The translations under genes and the position numbers were made by a program. Positions 12,492-26,335 of a DNA stretch of 64,000 bases are shown here, one piece after another; the first letter of the stretch is position 1; the number at the start of each line of letters is the position of its first letter. The notes under the pieces were generated by a model. That model was not told the DNA's origin. It saw only the letters and a list, made by a program, of their open reading frames with translations, and ran no database searches. The stretch lies in NCBI RefSeq assembly GCF_009914755.1, contig NC_060948.1; one strand, given 5' to 3'. The DNA is from the human T2T-CHM13v2.0 reference genome, Homo sapiens.

Positions 12492-12793
12492 TTTTTTTTT
12501 TTTTTTTTTTTTGAGGCAAGGTCTTGCTCTGTCACCCCAGGTGTCGTGCAGTGGGGCAATCATGGTTCACTGCAACCTCAACCTCCAGGGCTCAATTGAT
12601 CCTCCCACCTTAGCCTCCTGAGTAGCCAGGACTACGGGTGTGTGCCACCACACCTGGCTAATTTCTGTATTTTTTGTAGAGACAGGATTTGCCTTGTTGC
12701 TTAGGCTGGTCTTGAATTCCTGGGGTCAAGCTATCTGTTGGTCTCTGCCTCCCAAAGTGTTGGGATTATAGGTGTGAACCACTGTGCCTAGAC
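12492..12793 (-). mobile_element. AluJ
   Basis: Antisense Alu with J diagnostics (aatcatggttcactgc, gatcctcccacc). Confidence 0.9.
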
Positions 12794-12799
12794 CCCCAA

Positions 12800-12914
12800 A
12801 TTATCTTTTTTTCAGAGACAGTGTGATAGTTCTCAAACTATCACCTAACATTCCTGGTAGGAGAGGAAAGATCTCTCTCTTGCCCCAGTCATGCCTGTCT
12901 AACTACGTGTAACT
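12800..12914 (-). mobile_element. Second MER50-like LTR 5' fragment
   Basis: agagacag...tatcacctaacattcctgg...catgcctgtctaactac...taac, parallel to 12370-12486. Confidence 0.6.
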
Positions 12915-13094
12915 AGTTAGCTCAGCTTACTGTTATAATTTTTCTCACTGATAGAATTTTTGCAAAGACACTTTCAATACTACCAAAATAAATAGTAATC
13001 AACCACTTGGAAAGCATTTAGAAGTAACTGAAGTCCCTACTTACACCAAATGAGGAAAAGCCAAACTACACTGTGGGACACACTGTAAGTCCCT

Positions 13095-13480
13095 GCATCA
13101 GTCAGCTGTTGCTGTGCAAACACCTCCTCAAGACTCGGCAGGATAAAGCAATGACCATTTATAATTGCTCACATGTCTGCAGGTCAGCTGCTTTTTGGCT
13201 GACCGAGGCAGGGCTTAGCTAGGCTGGCTCTGCAGCGTGTGTCTCTCATTCTCCTCCTGTGGCAAACAATGGCAGATGACAATGGCAAATGTGGAAAGCC
13301 TTTAAAGAAGAAATCTCATAAGGAGTTCCCTGTCACTCCCATTCATCTCAGTCTTTCAGCCAAAGCAAGTGATATGGCCAAACCCCATATCAAGGGGTGG
13401 GGAAATATAATTTGCTTATTTATTAGGAGCAAAGTCACATGGTGGTCATTGCAGAATGGGTTGAATGACATAACCTATCA
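13095..13480 (-). mobile_element. MLT1-type MaLR LTR
   Basis: tcagtcagctgttgctg...atttataattgctcacatgtctgcaggtcagctg...gccaaagcaagtgatatggccaaacc. Confidence 0.65.
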
Positions 13481-14029
13481 TCAGCCCTGAAGAAACTCAT
13501 CATTCATTTCCTTCCTCAAGACTCCCCTCATCCGGGCATCTCCAGATCTTACTCTTTCCCACACTCTGTATCAAACAGTCCACTCACACTAGCTACCCTG
13601 CTTCCTTTGGCACCCTCTTTCCACTAGATAACCTGTTCACTCAGCATTTCTATTTTCATTTGCATCTCCACCCTTTGCCCATTACCCCAGCAGCTCACAG
13701 AGGACCCTGACAGAATAGGCAAAACCCAGAAGTTGGGTGGGTAGATAATGTGTGAAAGCTCACACGGTTCTGACGCCTCCTTGACGCAGCACATTACTAG
13801 CGAATGACATGTATAGGGCCTGGGGTGTTTGCAGAACCAAATCAGGTGTGGAGGAAATTATATGTAAATACCTCCATGGGTGTGTGATTGTATCATACCT
13901 CACCATAACAAAGCTCAAATGACATTTCATTTCCAAATGTGGCTAGGTTTCCCTGTGTTATATGTCGTTGAAAGCCAGTATAAATAAATATCTGTGAAAG
14001 TCCTAGCTGACTGCCTGCTTTGTTTCTGC

Positions 14030-14360
14030 CACTAAACTGTAAGCTCCTCATGAACAGAGTGTTTCTGTACAATTCACTAGCTGTCTCTATCTTTACCTCA
14101 CAGCCAATCCACAAATGAACGCTGTCAGCCTTGCCCCCCATCATATCCCAACCATCCATGTCTGGCTACTCCATTGCTAGTCCAACCGAAGCCCCTTGCA
14201 TCTCATGCCTGGGTTATTTCACAGCCTTCTAGGCTGGTAACTCCCGCTGCTACTGTGCCTGGCTCCAGTCTATTCTGTACATGGTGAAGAGGATCCTTTG
14301 AAAAATGGATAAAATGAGTAGCAAATTGTGTTTCTCCTGCACTCAGAATCCTCCTCTGGC
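14030..14360 (+). mobile_element. L2 fragments
   Basis: actaaactgtaagctcctca...; tagtccaa...catctcatgcctgggttattt...; cctcctctggctcctcactg. Confidence 0.55.
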
Positions 14361-14489
14361 TCCTCACTGTAACCTCTGGCTTCAGTAGTTACGGCAAATA
14401 TTTAAAAGTCAGCCTGCAGGAAGAACCCTGATTTACTGAGTTTTCCAATGTTAGTAGTATAAATACTCATCATGGCCAATTTTAAGCTG

Positions 14490-14680
14490 GCTTCTTTCCT
14501 TCACTCCGTCCCTCCCTCCTCCCCTTCTCCCCTCCTTCTCTTCTCCCCTCTTTCCTTCATTTCCTCCCTCCCTCCCTCATTTCTTCTGTCCTTCTCTCCT
14601 TCCCTTCCTTTCCTTCTCACGTCCTTCTTTCCTTTCTTCCCTCCTCCCGTCCTTTCTTCCCTATTCTCTGCCTCCTACTC
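14490..14680. repeat. CT-rich low-complexity tract
   Basis: Polypyrimidine (CCTT/CT) tract. Confidence 0.9.
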
Positions 14681-14859
14681 TAGAATTGACATTTCATGAC
14701 AGGCAATCCATGTCTGTCTTAGTTATTGCTTAGAAGTACCTGGCACATAATGGAAGGCTCAGTACATATTTCTTGAACAAATAGTTGACTAATTGAATAG
14801 ATGATCCTTTCTTAATTCTGTACCAGGATTTAAGAATTATTCAAAGAAGATGTCATTGT

Positions 14860-15090
14860 TTTAAAATGACCAAGTACTGCTCAGCACTTTCAAGTTCACA
14901 AAGCATGCCTCATGCATCATCTCTATGATCTGTACCCGGGTGCCATCCTGAGAAGCTGGGAAAGGCTTTTCTCTTCCTCCTCACTTTACAAATGAGGAAA
15001 CAAAGACTCAGAGGGATGGAGGTTCCCGCTCAAGGCCAAACAGTAAGTATGTATCCACAAGTCTGACTCTCAGTCTGGCAGTCTTCTCAG
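14860..15090 (-). mobile_element. MIR
   Basis: ttttacaaatgaggaaacaaagactcagagg...gctcaaggcc...tctgactc. Confidence 0.7.
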
Positions 15091-15899
15091 TGGTCTCCAG
15101 GAACTGTTTAGCTCTTGGGGGGATCTCATAAGGGAAGCCTGGAGGCTTCAGGGAGAGCTGTCCCAAGGAAGAGGAGAGAAACACATGGTGGCGAGGAAGG
15201 AGGATTGACGACCAGGGAAGGCCTTACGTAGGCCTCTACCAGGCTGAGCCTCTGGTGTCAGGCCAGTAACATAGTAATTCAGGTCCCCAATCCTGATTCT
15301 GTCTCTAGATTCCCACTAACCTCCCCACAGACATGGAGCATTGAGCCCCCCTTCCCCACTTATAGAGTACCCCAGATAGCATAGGCTCCACACCTAGCAC
15401 CCACCTTCTTGCAAGTCTATAGCAATGAGCAGCAGAGCGCCAGCTGAGATCCACAAGCTGAACCTGGTCCCCAGGGATAATTTCTTTAGCCCCTGTAGTG
15501 TTTAAAAAATTGGGCCAGCATTTACAAGCAGGATATCCCAAGTGGTTGGTTGATTTTGGTAAACAGAAAGATCTTGCCACACATCCTGGCCATTCTGGGC
15601 TGACAGCAGTCATCCACCTGAGACCAGATAAGTGTTGTCCTGTTCAATGCAGCCACTCAAACCAGTTCAATGCAGTCCAGTTCAATGCAGTTTCCTATCA
15701 CCTCTCCAACTTCCAGGGCAGCCATTGACTGCAGTTTATTTCCATGCTGGAAGTTTTACTTGTGTCAAAAAACATACCTCTGAAACCGAAACTTATACCA
15801 AAAGAAGAAAAAATATGTAGGGCTTCATGATTTTACTACATGGACTGACAGAACCCTGAGTTTACGAGCTTTGGGCTATGCCTCAGTTTAAAATACATG

Positions 15900-16308
15900 C
15901 CTGCCTTCCTTCCTTCCTTCCTTCCTTCCTTCCTTCCTTCCTTCCTTCCTTCCTTCCTTCCTTCCTTCTTTCCTTCCTTCTTCCCTTCTCTTCCTTCCTC
16001 CCTCCATCCCTCCCTTCCTTCCTTTGTTCCCTCCTTCCTTCCTTCCTTCTTTCCTTCCTTTCTCTCCTTCCTTCCTCCTTCTCTCTTCTCTTTTTTCTTT
16101 TCTTCCCTGAAAGAGTCTCTCTGTTACCCAGGTATGGTGTATAATACATGCTAACACCACCACACCCAGCTAATTTTTTAATTTCTATTTTGAAGAAATG
16201 AGATCTTGCCATCTTGCCCAGGCTGGTCTCTAACTCCTGGCCTCAAGTGATCCTCCTGCTTCAGCCTCCTAAAGCATTGGGATTGCAGGCATGAGCCACC
16301 TAGCCCAG
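15900..16308 (-). mobile_element. (TTCC)n tail plus partly deleted AluJ
   Basis: (ttcc)n 15903-16090 then antisense Alu lacking most of the right arm. Confidence 0.85.
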
Positions 16309-17689
16309 TTAAGTACACCTTTTCCTAGTTCTGTCAACAATCTCACAAAGCTGGCATCCAGAACCCTCCTTTAGGTGAGGATCCTTGAGTTAAGAGGCGT
16401 TGAGGGACTTGGCCAAGGTTAAATAACTAGAAGTAGACACAGAATGTGAAGATAACATCTCATCCAGCGCAGGCATCCCCATAAATTGCATTCCCACCCA
16501 CACACCACCAGTGTGTTCATTGTGACAGGATGTGTGACCTGACACAACAGCCCTTGTGTAATCTGACACATTCCCATTAGGTAGCGACATAAACCAACAA
16601 AGCTTTCCAGGACAATGCCTTTGTGGAAATTGGTTTTCTTGCATTACTAGGGATTTTAAGGCACAACAGGTTTTCCCCTCTTTCTGTCTCTCAAAAAAAA
16701 AAAAAAAAAAAAAAAGTCCTTTCAATACCCAATATTGCATGGCTTTCATGCCAGGCATAAAATGAAATTTGCCATAATCCATTGCCTAGGGAGAAAGTCG
16801 TATGTGTGTGTCACAACTGACATCTGTTAAATTAAATAAGCAAGCAATAAGAAGGTCTGAAATATGTTCTTTGTTCAGGAATTCGTGCAGACACTGATCA
16901 GCTGCTCTGTACAATTGAGAAGAGAACAAGTGCCTTTTCTTCCCCCAACATGTGCCACTGAAAGCCTCCAAGGAGGACAAAAGCAGAGGATGGATGAACT
17001 TGCACACCGTGAAGTTAACACTTCTGTTTGAAGTTCAAGCAAATTGGCTGAGCACAGCAGGAATGACCACATTGCCAGCTCCATCATACCTGCTCCCTCC
17101 CCAGGGCTGAACAGGAGCTCAGGCTAGTCCTTCCTTACCTGCTACTTCTTTTGCAAAGTGTAGGAAGGTGTGAGGCTTCATCCAGACTGCCTGATCAGTT
17201 TTGACCATCAGCATGTTATTATGGTGGATCTATTCTTAAAATACAGTTGTTCTTTTGTTTTCCTCACTGGCAAGGAATTTTGAACCAATAGCTCCAGAGT
17301 TAGCCCTTGTAATTTATTAATCAAGCTTCATTATTAATATGAGAATGAGAACAGATGTAATTCCAATGTGCAGCTGGAATATCAGCCAAGATGTGGTCCT
17401 TATAGAGATATACTAGGATCATCAAACGAGAAAGAGAAGCTTTGCCTATGCAACCAATTATAATTGTGGGATGGTGTATTTTGGGTATTGGAATTTTTTT
17501 GATAAACATGAGGATAGGCAGAAAGCCCTTCAGTTTCAATCCTTTGTTTTGTCCTTTCCCTCATCCCTAGAAATAGGTTATGTATCTATGACAATAACAG
17601 TGAGTGCCTCCCAAAAAACCACACACGTTTTCAAACCTCCCCTGCAGTTGAATTGAACCATGTGGATGGGTTCTGATAAATGGGAAAAT

Positions 17690-18910
17690 ATTTACTTATA
17701 TTTTCTTTGAGTTCTATTGCGGTTTTATTTTTGTGTTTAATCCACGTGGAATTTATTTTAGTATATTAGTTTCAAGGCAGTTGTTCCCGGACTATTTAAT
17801 TAATCTTTCCTTTTCCTACCGATTGCAAATACCAATCAGTATATGACAAATTCTGATTTCTGGTTCGGTAATCAATTTTCTCATTCCTATGTTGGTATCA
17901 AATTCCTAAATTATAGTAATTTTAAAATATATCTTACTATCTAGTAAGAGCTATCCCCTTTAATTTTTTAAATGGGGTCTCACTGTGTTGTCCAGGCTGG
18001 TCTTAAACTTCTGGGCTCAAGCAACCTTTCTATCTCAGCTCAGGCTCCAGAGTAGCTGGGACTACAGGCTCATACCACCACACCTGGCTCCTTTAAAAAA
18101 ATTAATTCAGTTGCTTTTACAAATGTATTCTTTGAGTAGAATTTAAAAATCAGTTTGCTAAGTTAAAAAATTAAAGATTGATTAAATTCACAGGGTGACT
18201 GGGAAATAATTGATATCTTGTCAGGCCTGAGCCTGCTCATTCACGTGTGTGATGTTTCCCTTCATTTCATGTCTTCTTCCGTGTCCTTAGGCCGTTTTGT
18301 ATTTCTTCTGTGTTTGATTCTGAGTATTCTGTGATTTTGGTTGCTTTTGTAAATGGGATATTTTTCTCATTTCCCATCATTTTTTCTAATTTATTATGGC
18401 TGAATGTTATTCGACTGTATGTATATATCACAATTTATTTATCCATTCATCCATCAATGGACATGTGGTTTGCTTCCACCTTTTGGCTGCTGTGCTGCTA
18501 TCAACATGTGTATGCATGTACTTGCATCCCTGTTTTCAATTCTTTTGGGTACAGACGCCTGGGAGTGGAATTGCAGGGTCCTGTGATAATTCTGTGTTGA
18601 GTCATCTGAGGAACCACCAACTGTTTCCTGCAGTGGCTGAACCATATTACATTCCCACCAGCAATATACAAATTCCAGTTTCTCCACATCCTCACCAATA
18701 CTTGCTGTTTTCTGTTTTCTTTTTAAAAAGTCATTACCATCCTAATGGGTGTACAGTGGTGCCTCCTTTTTATTTGCATTTCCCTAATGATGAATGATGC
18801 TGAGAATGTTTTCATGTGTTTGTGGGCCATGGCCTCTCTTCTTTGGAGAAATATCCACTCAAGTCCTTTTTCCACTGTTTAAGGGATGGTTTGTGTTTTT
18901 GTTGTTAGTT
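17690..18910 (-). mobile_element. Old L1M fragments with an Alu monomer (~17963-18088)
   Basis: ttatccattcatccatcaatggacat, ttacattcccaccagcaat, tttgcatttccctaatga. Confidence 0.7.
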
Positions 18911-18944
18911 TCCTAACTTTCTGACAGGAAAACATTAACCGAAA

Positions 18945-19730
18945 GTTGCTGTGTTACATAGGATACTTTCAAAAGCAACAACTAGAAGATGCAACTCAAA
19001 ATGGCTTAAATGATGAAAGAATGTTAAATGTTTGAGTGATCAGGTATGGTTCTAGCACTGTCCACGTATTAATTCATTTAATTCTAACAAGAATACTACA
19101 GGGTAGGTACACAAATCAGAAATATGAGGCACAGAGAAGTCCAAAGTCACACAGCTGGTAAGTGGTAAAGTTGGAATTTGAACCTAGGAAGTCTGACTCC
19201 ATAGTCTCATCTGTGAGTGACCAGGTAATAAGTCTACAGGGAGGCAGTACTGGCACTGATTGGTTTAGCACATCAACCTAATACGGAGTCTAGATTTGTC
19301 AATGTTCCTATTCTGTTACCCTAAGCATGTTGCCTTTGCCTCAGGGTCCTCCCCTCATGGTTGCAAAATGGCCGCAACAGCTCCAAGCATCACATTATCT
19401 CCCAGCAACATCCAAATGACAGAAACAGAAAGTCTCTTTGGTTTCTTCTTTTTTAAAAGTAAGGAAAACTCTTCTAGAAGTACCTCTAGCAGACTTCTCA
19501 TTGATCAGAATTGTGGCACATGCCCCATCGTAAACCAATCACTAACAAGGGACACAGAACTACAATTTTGGACACAGACTAATCAAGGTTGACACCTTGA
19601 AACTTCAATGGGGTCCAGATTCTAAAAACTATCTGCTGCTCAGTTCCTGAACAGAAATCATTTTCTGTTAACAAAGAAGAAGGAGGTAATCACTGTTGAG
19701 TTGGTGACCAACAGCTGCTGCCACAAGCTG
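18945..19730 (-). mobile_element. MLT1J/K-like MaLR LTR with nested MIR (~19030-19225)
   Basis: catggttgcaaaatggccgcaacagctccaagcatcaca; MIR core gaggcacagagaagt...aagtcacacagctggtaagt. Confidence 0.55.
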
Positions 19731-20869
19731 TCATTTACTTCTGTTAGCCTCAAGGTTAGTGATATCTTCTCTGTGGGCTGGTGACTTCTCACCCTTGATT
19801 TCTCCTAGGCCATGTGTCTGATATCTTCTAGGCCACAGATGCAACACGTACATGAAAACCTGAATCCCCACCACACATTTGTTTGCAAAACTCTGTTTGC
19901 CGTTTCTCTCTACTTCTGACAGCTACCCCTACAGATCACAGGGGCATGCATCTCTTTAGGGTGACCTTTGCATGTTTATGCTAATTGCAGATTAAATCTG
20001 TAAGCCCTAACACTCATAATCTCCTAGCTTCCCTCTGTAAAAAGTCCCCCTTAGTGATACTTAATTTCACATGCTTGCCAAATCTTAAATCCAAAAGCAG
20101 AAGTCGATTTACCTCTGTACTGAAATTAAAGCTATACAAAGTTTTTGGCTTTGGGGGCACACTTCACTGTTCTCAATGGCCCTTTGTAGGTCAGATTTAA
20201 GTTAAGAGTCTCCCTGACATTTCAAAATGTCATCAAATGATCCTGGCTAAAAAGAAATGAAGACGCTTTCTTCCACATTTATGCAAGTCACAGGAAATCT
20301 TTCTAAGTGGACAAAGTGAAATAATCTTGGGACAAACATTTTATTCCATGTTTATACAATGAATACACTGCACTGAGCATCAGTGAATTTTTCTGCACAT
20401 GGCTCCTAATCCAATTTTAATGTATTTCTGGTCACAAAAACAAAAACAAACACACTTAACCTTCAAAAGGGAAGATGAATGACACTGACTTCAGGTTTTT
20501 CACAAATATCTGTAAATAGCAGAACAACACAATCTACGTGATGATCTTTCTGCTATTGCTGGATGAGTCAGGTTCTCCCTTCCCATTTACTCTGGAGCTT
20601 ATGTGAGATGGCTGTGATTTAACCAGAGGAAGCTCAAGTCATAGGGCTTTGTGGTAGTGAGTTTTTCCTCAAAGAAAGGTAGTAAGTTTCCCATAATAGC
20701 AAGGATTCAAGCAGAGGGTAGACGACCTTTCAGGATTGTGCATAGTAGAGGTTGAACTTAGAGAACTTATTGAAGGTCTCTTATTGAAGGTCTCTTTCAA
20801 AAGGTCCTAAGATAAGTCAGGAAAACAATCCTTATACACCTGTGGTGTTTTACGAATCAGAAAACCCTT

Positions 20870-21040
20870 AGACACATGCTTTGTCTCATTTAAGTATCAA
20901 AACAACCCTATGAGGTAGGTGGGTTGATTATTCTTGTTTTACAGATGATGAAATTGAGGTTCCGGTAGAGGTTAAGCAACTTATCTAGGGTCACACATTT
21001 AGGAAGTGAGGTCCTAGGACCTCCAGGTCAGAGATATCTC
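20870..21040 (-). mobile_element. MIR
   Basis: aacaaccctatgaggtagg...ttttacagatgatgaaattgagg...gaggttaagcaactt...ggtcacac. Confidence 0.75.
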
Positions 21041-23633
21041 CATCCTCAGGACAAGGCAGAGAGGAGGCAGGCCCATTCTGCATGGCTGGAGCATTGCTAG
21101 GCGGGTGGCTACACTGCTGGGCACAGAGAAGTGGCTGTGGCTGCTCCGGCCTTTCTCTTTCTCCTATACCCTAAGGCTGGTCATCAACAAAGCTCTCTGT
21201 CCTCAAGGACCCCTATGTATTCTTTCTCAGCTGCTGCAGGTTGGAGCTGACCTGCCTCCCAAAAGGCAAGTGTGTGAAGCCTGTGATTTACACTTGCTTG
21301 GTGTTTCAACCCATGCCCCGAATACACCCTTTTTAAAAGGACCACCGCAGAAACACCTCCAAAGCAGGGGGCTATCAGGCGGGTTCTCTCTCAGCCCACA
21401 GTTTTGGCAAGGGAGAAGGGGAACACTTCTGCTCAGTAGGGTCATTCCAGTCATTCCGTACAGGCTACTCCACCTAGTCTGAATTGTGTGAGAACACAAA
21501 AGAAAATGCCACTGCTTCGTGGGGAAAGAATGTTGGTGGAGGGGACAGGATGTTCCGTTGCAATCTCCTCATAGTCCCCAGGCTCTGACATAGATGGGAG
21601 CACAGAGTTGCTTGTGTGACGGCCTGGGAGCTGAGCTTTCTTCCACGTAGTTCTCCCAATCACATTGTGCCCTTTTCTGGTAATTCAGTGGGAAACGAAT
21701 CCACCCAAGAATCTGGGCTGTCCCACAAAAGGAAGGTAAATATCCCAAAGAAAAAAATTATTGCCAATTACAGAGACCATGTGTTCACAGGAATAAACAG
21801 GAATACAGCTGAGCGGAAAAATGGGCGTATCACCACACATTCCATCTGAGCAGGCAAGAGCCGGGCCAGAAACGAGTTTCGTATCTTTTTTCATTTGGGT
21901 CAGCCAGGAGGGGTATGTATGAAAGGGAATAAAGTATACACAGATAGCTTCAAAAATAATATCTCTAAGCTTTTAGAAAGCCAGCCAGTCTTGCTACTCC
22001 TAATGCAACAGGAAGTTGTTGCATTTGCATTGAATCCAGAAGATTTTTCTCTCTCTGCTTGACTGTATTTGACCATACAGGATGAGCCTTGGGCCTGCTG
22101 GCAGTATGTTTTCTAACTCTGAGGGCCTGAGGAAACTGATGTTTGGAGAGAGGTCAGTGGCTTGCCCAGGGTTACACAGCTTGGAAATGAGAGGTCAGGA
22201 CTTTCCCTGTCAGGAGCATCCCACACACCTGGACAAGACCCAGGCATGAGAGGAGCCAGACACCCACTGCACACCAAGGTGATGCGCGGGTCCTGATTTC
22301 CTCACTATTTTCACCCCAAGGGCTTTCTCCCATTGGAGCTACACTGGGAGGTATCTGCTGTCTAAAAGGAGGGATGCTGGGGAATATGAAGAGAAACTCA
22401 TGTTTTCTGTTTCCACACCAAAGGTTTGAGATGCAGGAGCTTAAAACCCTGACCCTTACAGTTCAGGTACTAAGTTGATGCCAGAAGCATTTGACTTGGA
22501 AGAGTAAATAAAGTTGGAAGAACTGGTTCTTCTCACTCCAGAGAGCGGGAGAGAACAGAGACTAGGGACCACGAGAGTTTGGCTGTTGGTAAATGTCACT
22601 GAGAAAAGGGACTGTGCCTCATTCCTGTCACAGACCTTTCATAGCAGCACCCAAGGGAGATGTGGGAATTGCTGAGATGATTCACTCCAGCCTCAGAAAG
22701 CCCTGGCTGATGGGGCTAAGGCAGATGAGGTCTTCGTGGACCAGTGATGGAGAGCATAGGAGAGCAAGGACATCTCGGAGGCACAACAGAGTGGGTGGTG
22801 ATGGAAACCAGGTGGCCCCTGGGATCATGACTGTCACAAACCCTGGGAGTGATGGAGACAAATTATCATCTGGGCCATATGTAGTTGCAATTTTTATAGT
22901 TTAGAAATGATCAAATAGCAGCAATTTCATATTGTTTTGTGTAACATCATGGGAAAGCCTGAACTGCCTGCTATTTCATTTCTACCATGCAGTAGAATAA
23001 GAGTTTGAAGTGGAACCAAATTCAGTCTTAGTCAAAGACAATCAGGCTTCTCACCCATCTGCATAGAGGCTATGTGTAGCACTAACCACACTGAAATGCC
23101 TCGACACTACCTCGCCACCAAGCAGTTCTTCAGGTGCCTGATGGTTCAGATCTCCTTCCCCAGGAGGATCCTGGGATGTCTTCATAACATTCGACTCTAA
23201 TTTGAACGGATTCTCCTCCACACCCTGCTGTTTAAGATTTACACATAGTTTCCAGTATTCAGATGGGACGTGCTTGGGAGCTGGGGAAAACTTGTTCTTT
23301 CCTCACAATTCAATCCAGTTTTCAGTCTTACCTATGTCACATGCCTGTGAGCACAGGATGAGAGGAATATAGGTAATTTCAGAAAACATGCAGGAGCCTA
23401 CCATCATCACCTTTACTTTTTAAATGGGTTTGGTTTTGCTTCATGTTGGGAAGCTTGGTTCCTCCTGGCTGAGGAATGGTAGCCAGGAAACTGCTGGTCA
23501 AATCATCAGCCCTTTGTCCTCCTGGCATGACACAGGAGCCTGTAAAGGACAGAGGAAGTGACTGCTAGGCAGGTTAGAAGGCATTACTCCTCCAGCACAG
23601 CCATATCTAGACATAGCATGGTGACTTGTATGC

Positions 23634-24482
<849 letters not shown>

Positions 24483-24488
24483 TCTTAG

Positions 24489-26314
24489 TGAGAGGTGACA
24501 GCGTGCTGGCAGCCCTCGCTTGCTCGCGGTGCCTCCCCGGCCCCAGTGCTCATTCTGGCTGCACTTGAGGAGCCCTTCAGCCTGCCGCTGCACCATGGGA
24601 GCTCTTCTCTGGGCTGGCCGAGGCTGGAGGCGGCTCCCTCCGCTTGTGGGAGGTATGGAGGGGGAGGCACGGCGGGGGGATCCGGGGCTGCTCCCGGCGC
24701 TTGCGGGCCCGCTTGAGTTCCGGGTGGGTGTGGGCTTGGCAGGCCCGCACTCGGAGCAGCCAGCCAGACGGCCCTGCTGTACCCAGGCAGTGAGGTGCTT
24801 AGCACCCAGGCCAGCAGCTGTGAGGGTGCACCGGGTCCCCCAGCACGGCTGGCCCACTGGTGCTGCCCTCGATTTCTCGCCGGGCCTTAGCTGCCTCCCC
24901 GTGCGGTAGGGCTCCAGACGTGCAGCCCCCCATGCCTGAGGCTCCACACCCGTACCGCCGCCCGCCCTCCGCCGCTGTCCTCACAAAACCGCCCCCCCCA
25001 ACCGCTCCCACCCACCCAATCCCTCCTGCCACCCCCCTCAGTCCCCGCCATCACCCCCCCTCCCCACCATGGGTTCCTGCCTGGCCTGAGCCTCCCCAGT
25101 GAGCACCGCCCCCTGTTCAAGGGCACCCGGTCCCATTGACCACTCAAGGGCTGAGGAGTGTGGGTGCATGGTGAGGGACTGGTGGGCAGCTCCACCTGCC
25201 TCCCGGTGTGAAATCCACTGGGTGAGGCCAGCTGGGCTCCTGAATCTAGTGGGGACTTGGAGAACCTTTGTGTCTAGCTAAGGGATTGTGAGTGCACCAA
25301 TGAGCACTCTGTGTCTAGCTCAAGGTTTGTGAACACACCAGTCAGCACCCTTTGTCTAGCTCAGGGTTTGTGGATGCACCAACCGACACTCTGTATCTAG
25401 CTAATCTGGTGGGGACTTGGAGCATCTTTATGTCCAGCTAAGGGATTGTGACTGCACCAGTCCACACTCTGTGTCTAGCTCAAGGTTTGTAAATGCACCA
25501 AATCAGAGCTCTGTATCTAGCTAATCTGGTGGGGACTTGGAAAATCTTTATGTCTAGCTAAGGGATTGTGAATGCACCAGTCGGCACTCTGTATCTAGCT
25601 CAAGGTTTGTAAATGCACCAATCAGCACTCTGTGTCTAGCTCAGGGTTTGTAAATACACCAATCGACACTCTGTATCTAGCTAATCTAGTGGGGAGGTGG
25701 AGAACATTTGCGTCTAGCTCAGGGATTGTAAATGCACCAATCGGCACCCTGTCAAAACAGACCAATCAGCTCTCTGTAAAACAGACCAATTGGCTCTCTG
25801 TAAAACAGACCAATCGGCTCTCTCTAAAATGGACCAATCAGCAGGATGTGGGTGGGGTCAGATAACAGAATAAAAGCAGGCTGCCTGAGCCCACAGTGGC
25901 AACCTGCTCGGGTCCCCTTCCACTCTGTGGAAGCTTTGTTCTTTTGCTCTTTGCAATAAATCTTGCTACTGCTCACTCTTTGGGTCCACACTGCCTTTAT
26001 GAGCTGTGACACTCACTGCAAAGGTCTGGAGCTTCACTCCTGAAGCCAGCGAGACCATGAACCCACTGGGAGGAACGAACAACTCCAGACGTGCTGCCTT
26101 AAGTGCTGTAACACTCACCGCGAAAGTCTGCAGCTTCACTCATCAGCCAGCGAGACCACAAACCCACCAGAAGGAAGAAACTCCAAACACATCCGCACAC
26201 CAGAAGGGAAAATCTCCGGACATGCTGCCTTTAAGAACTGTAACACTCACCACAAGGGTCCACGGCTTCATTCTTGAAGTCAGTGAGACCAAGAACCCAC
26301 CAATTCCGGACACA
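24489..26314 (+). promoter_or_regulatory. 5' LTR12 (C/D/E-type): GC-rich U3, CCAAT/NF-Y repeat enhancer, GATA/AATAAAA promoter, R-U5
   Basis: Starts tgagaggtgacagcgtgctgg; ~40-bp caccaatcagcactctgtgtctagct repeats 25250-25750; gataacagaataaaagcagg at 25861; ends caattccggacaca. Confidence 0.95.
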
Positions 26315-26317
26315 TTT

Positions 26318-26335
26318 TGGTGACCACGAAGGGAC
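26318..26335 (+). other. Primer binding site (tRNA-Arg)
   Basis: tggtgaccacgaagggac, complementary to the tRNA-Arg 3' end with one CpG-type mismatch, right after the LTR. Confidence 0.85.

Noticed and set aside
15878-16212. LPSF/RKEG-repeat ORFs
   Set aside because: (TTCC)n simple repeat
20766-20794. 14-bp tandem duplication cttattgaaggtct x2 (similar small ones near 11430 and 15660)
   Set aside because: Ordinary slippage duplications with no sign of function
25250-25850. Regular ~40-bp repeats resembling a CRISPR array (also 32560-33440 and 37535-39245)
   Set aside because: Eukaryotic LTR12 enhancer repeats and beta-satellite; no unique spacers and no cas genes
26318-26335. tRNA-complementary sequence
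   Set aside because: Retroviral PBS, not a tRNA gene
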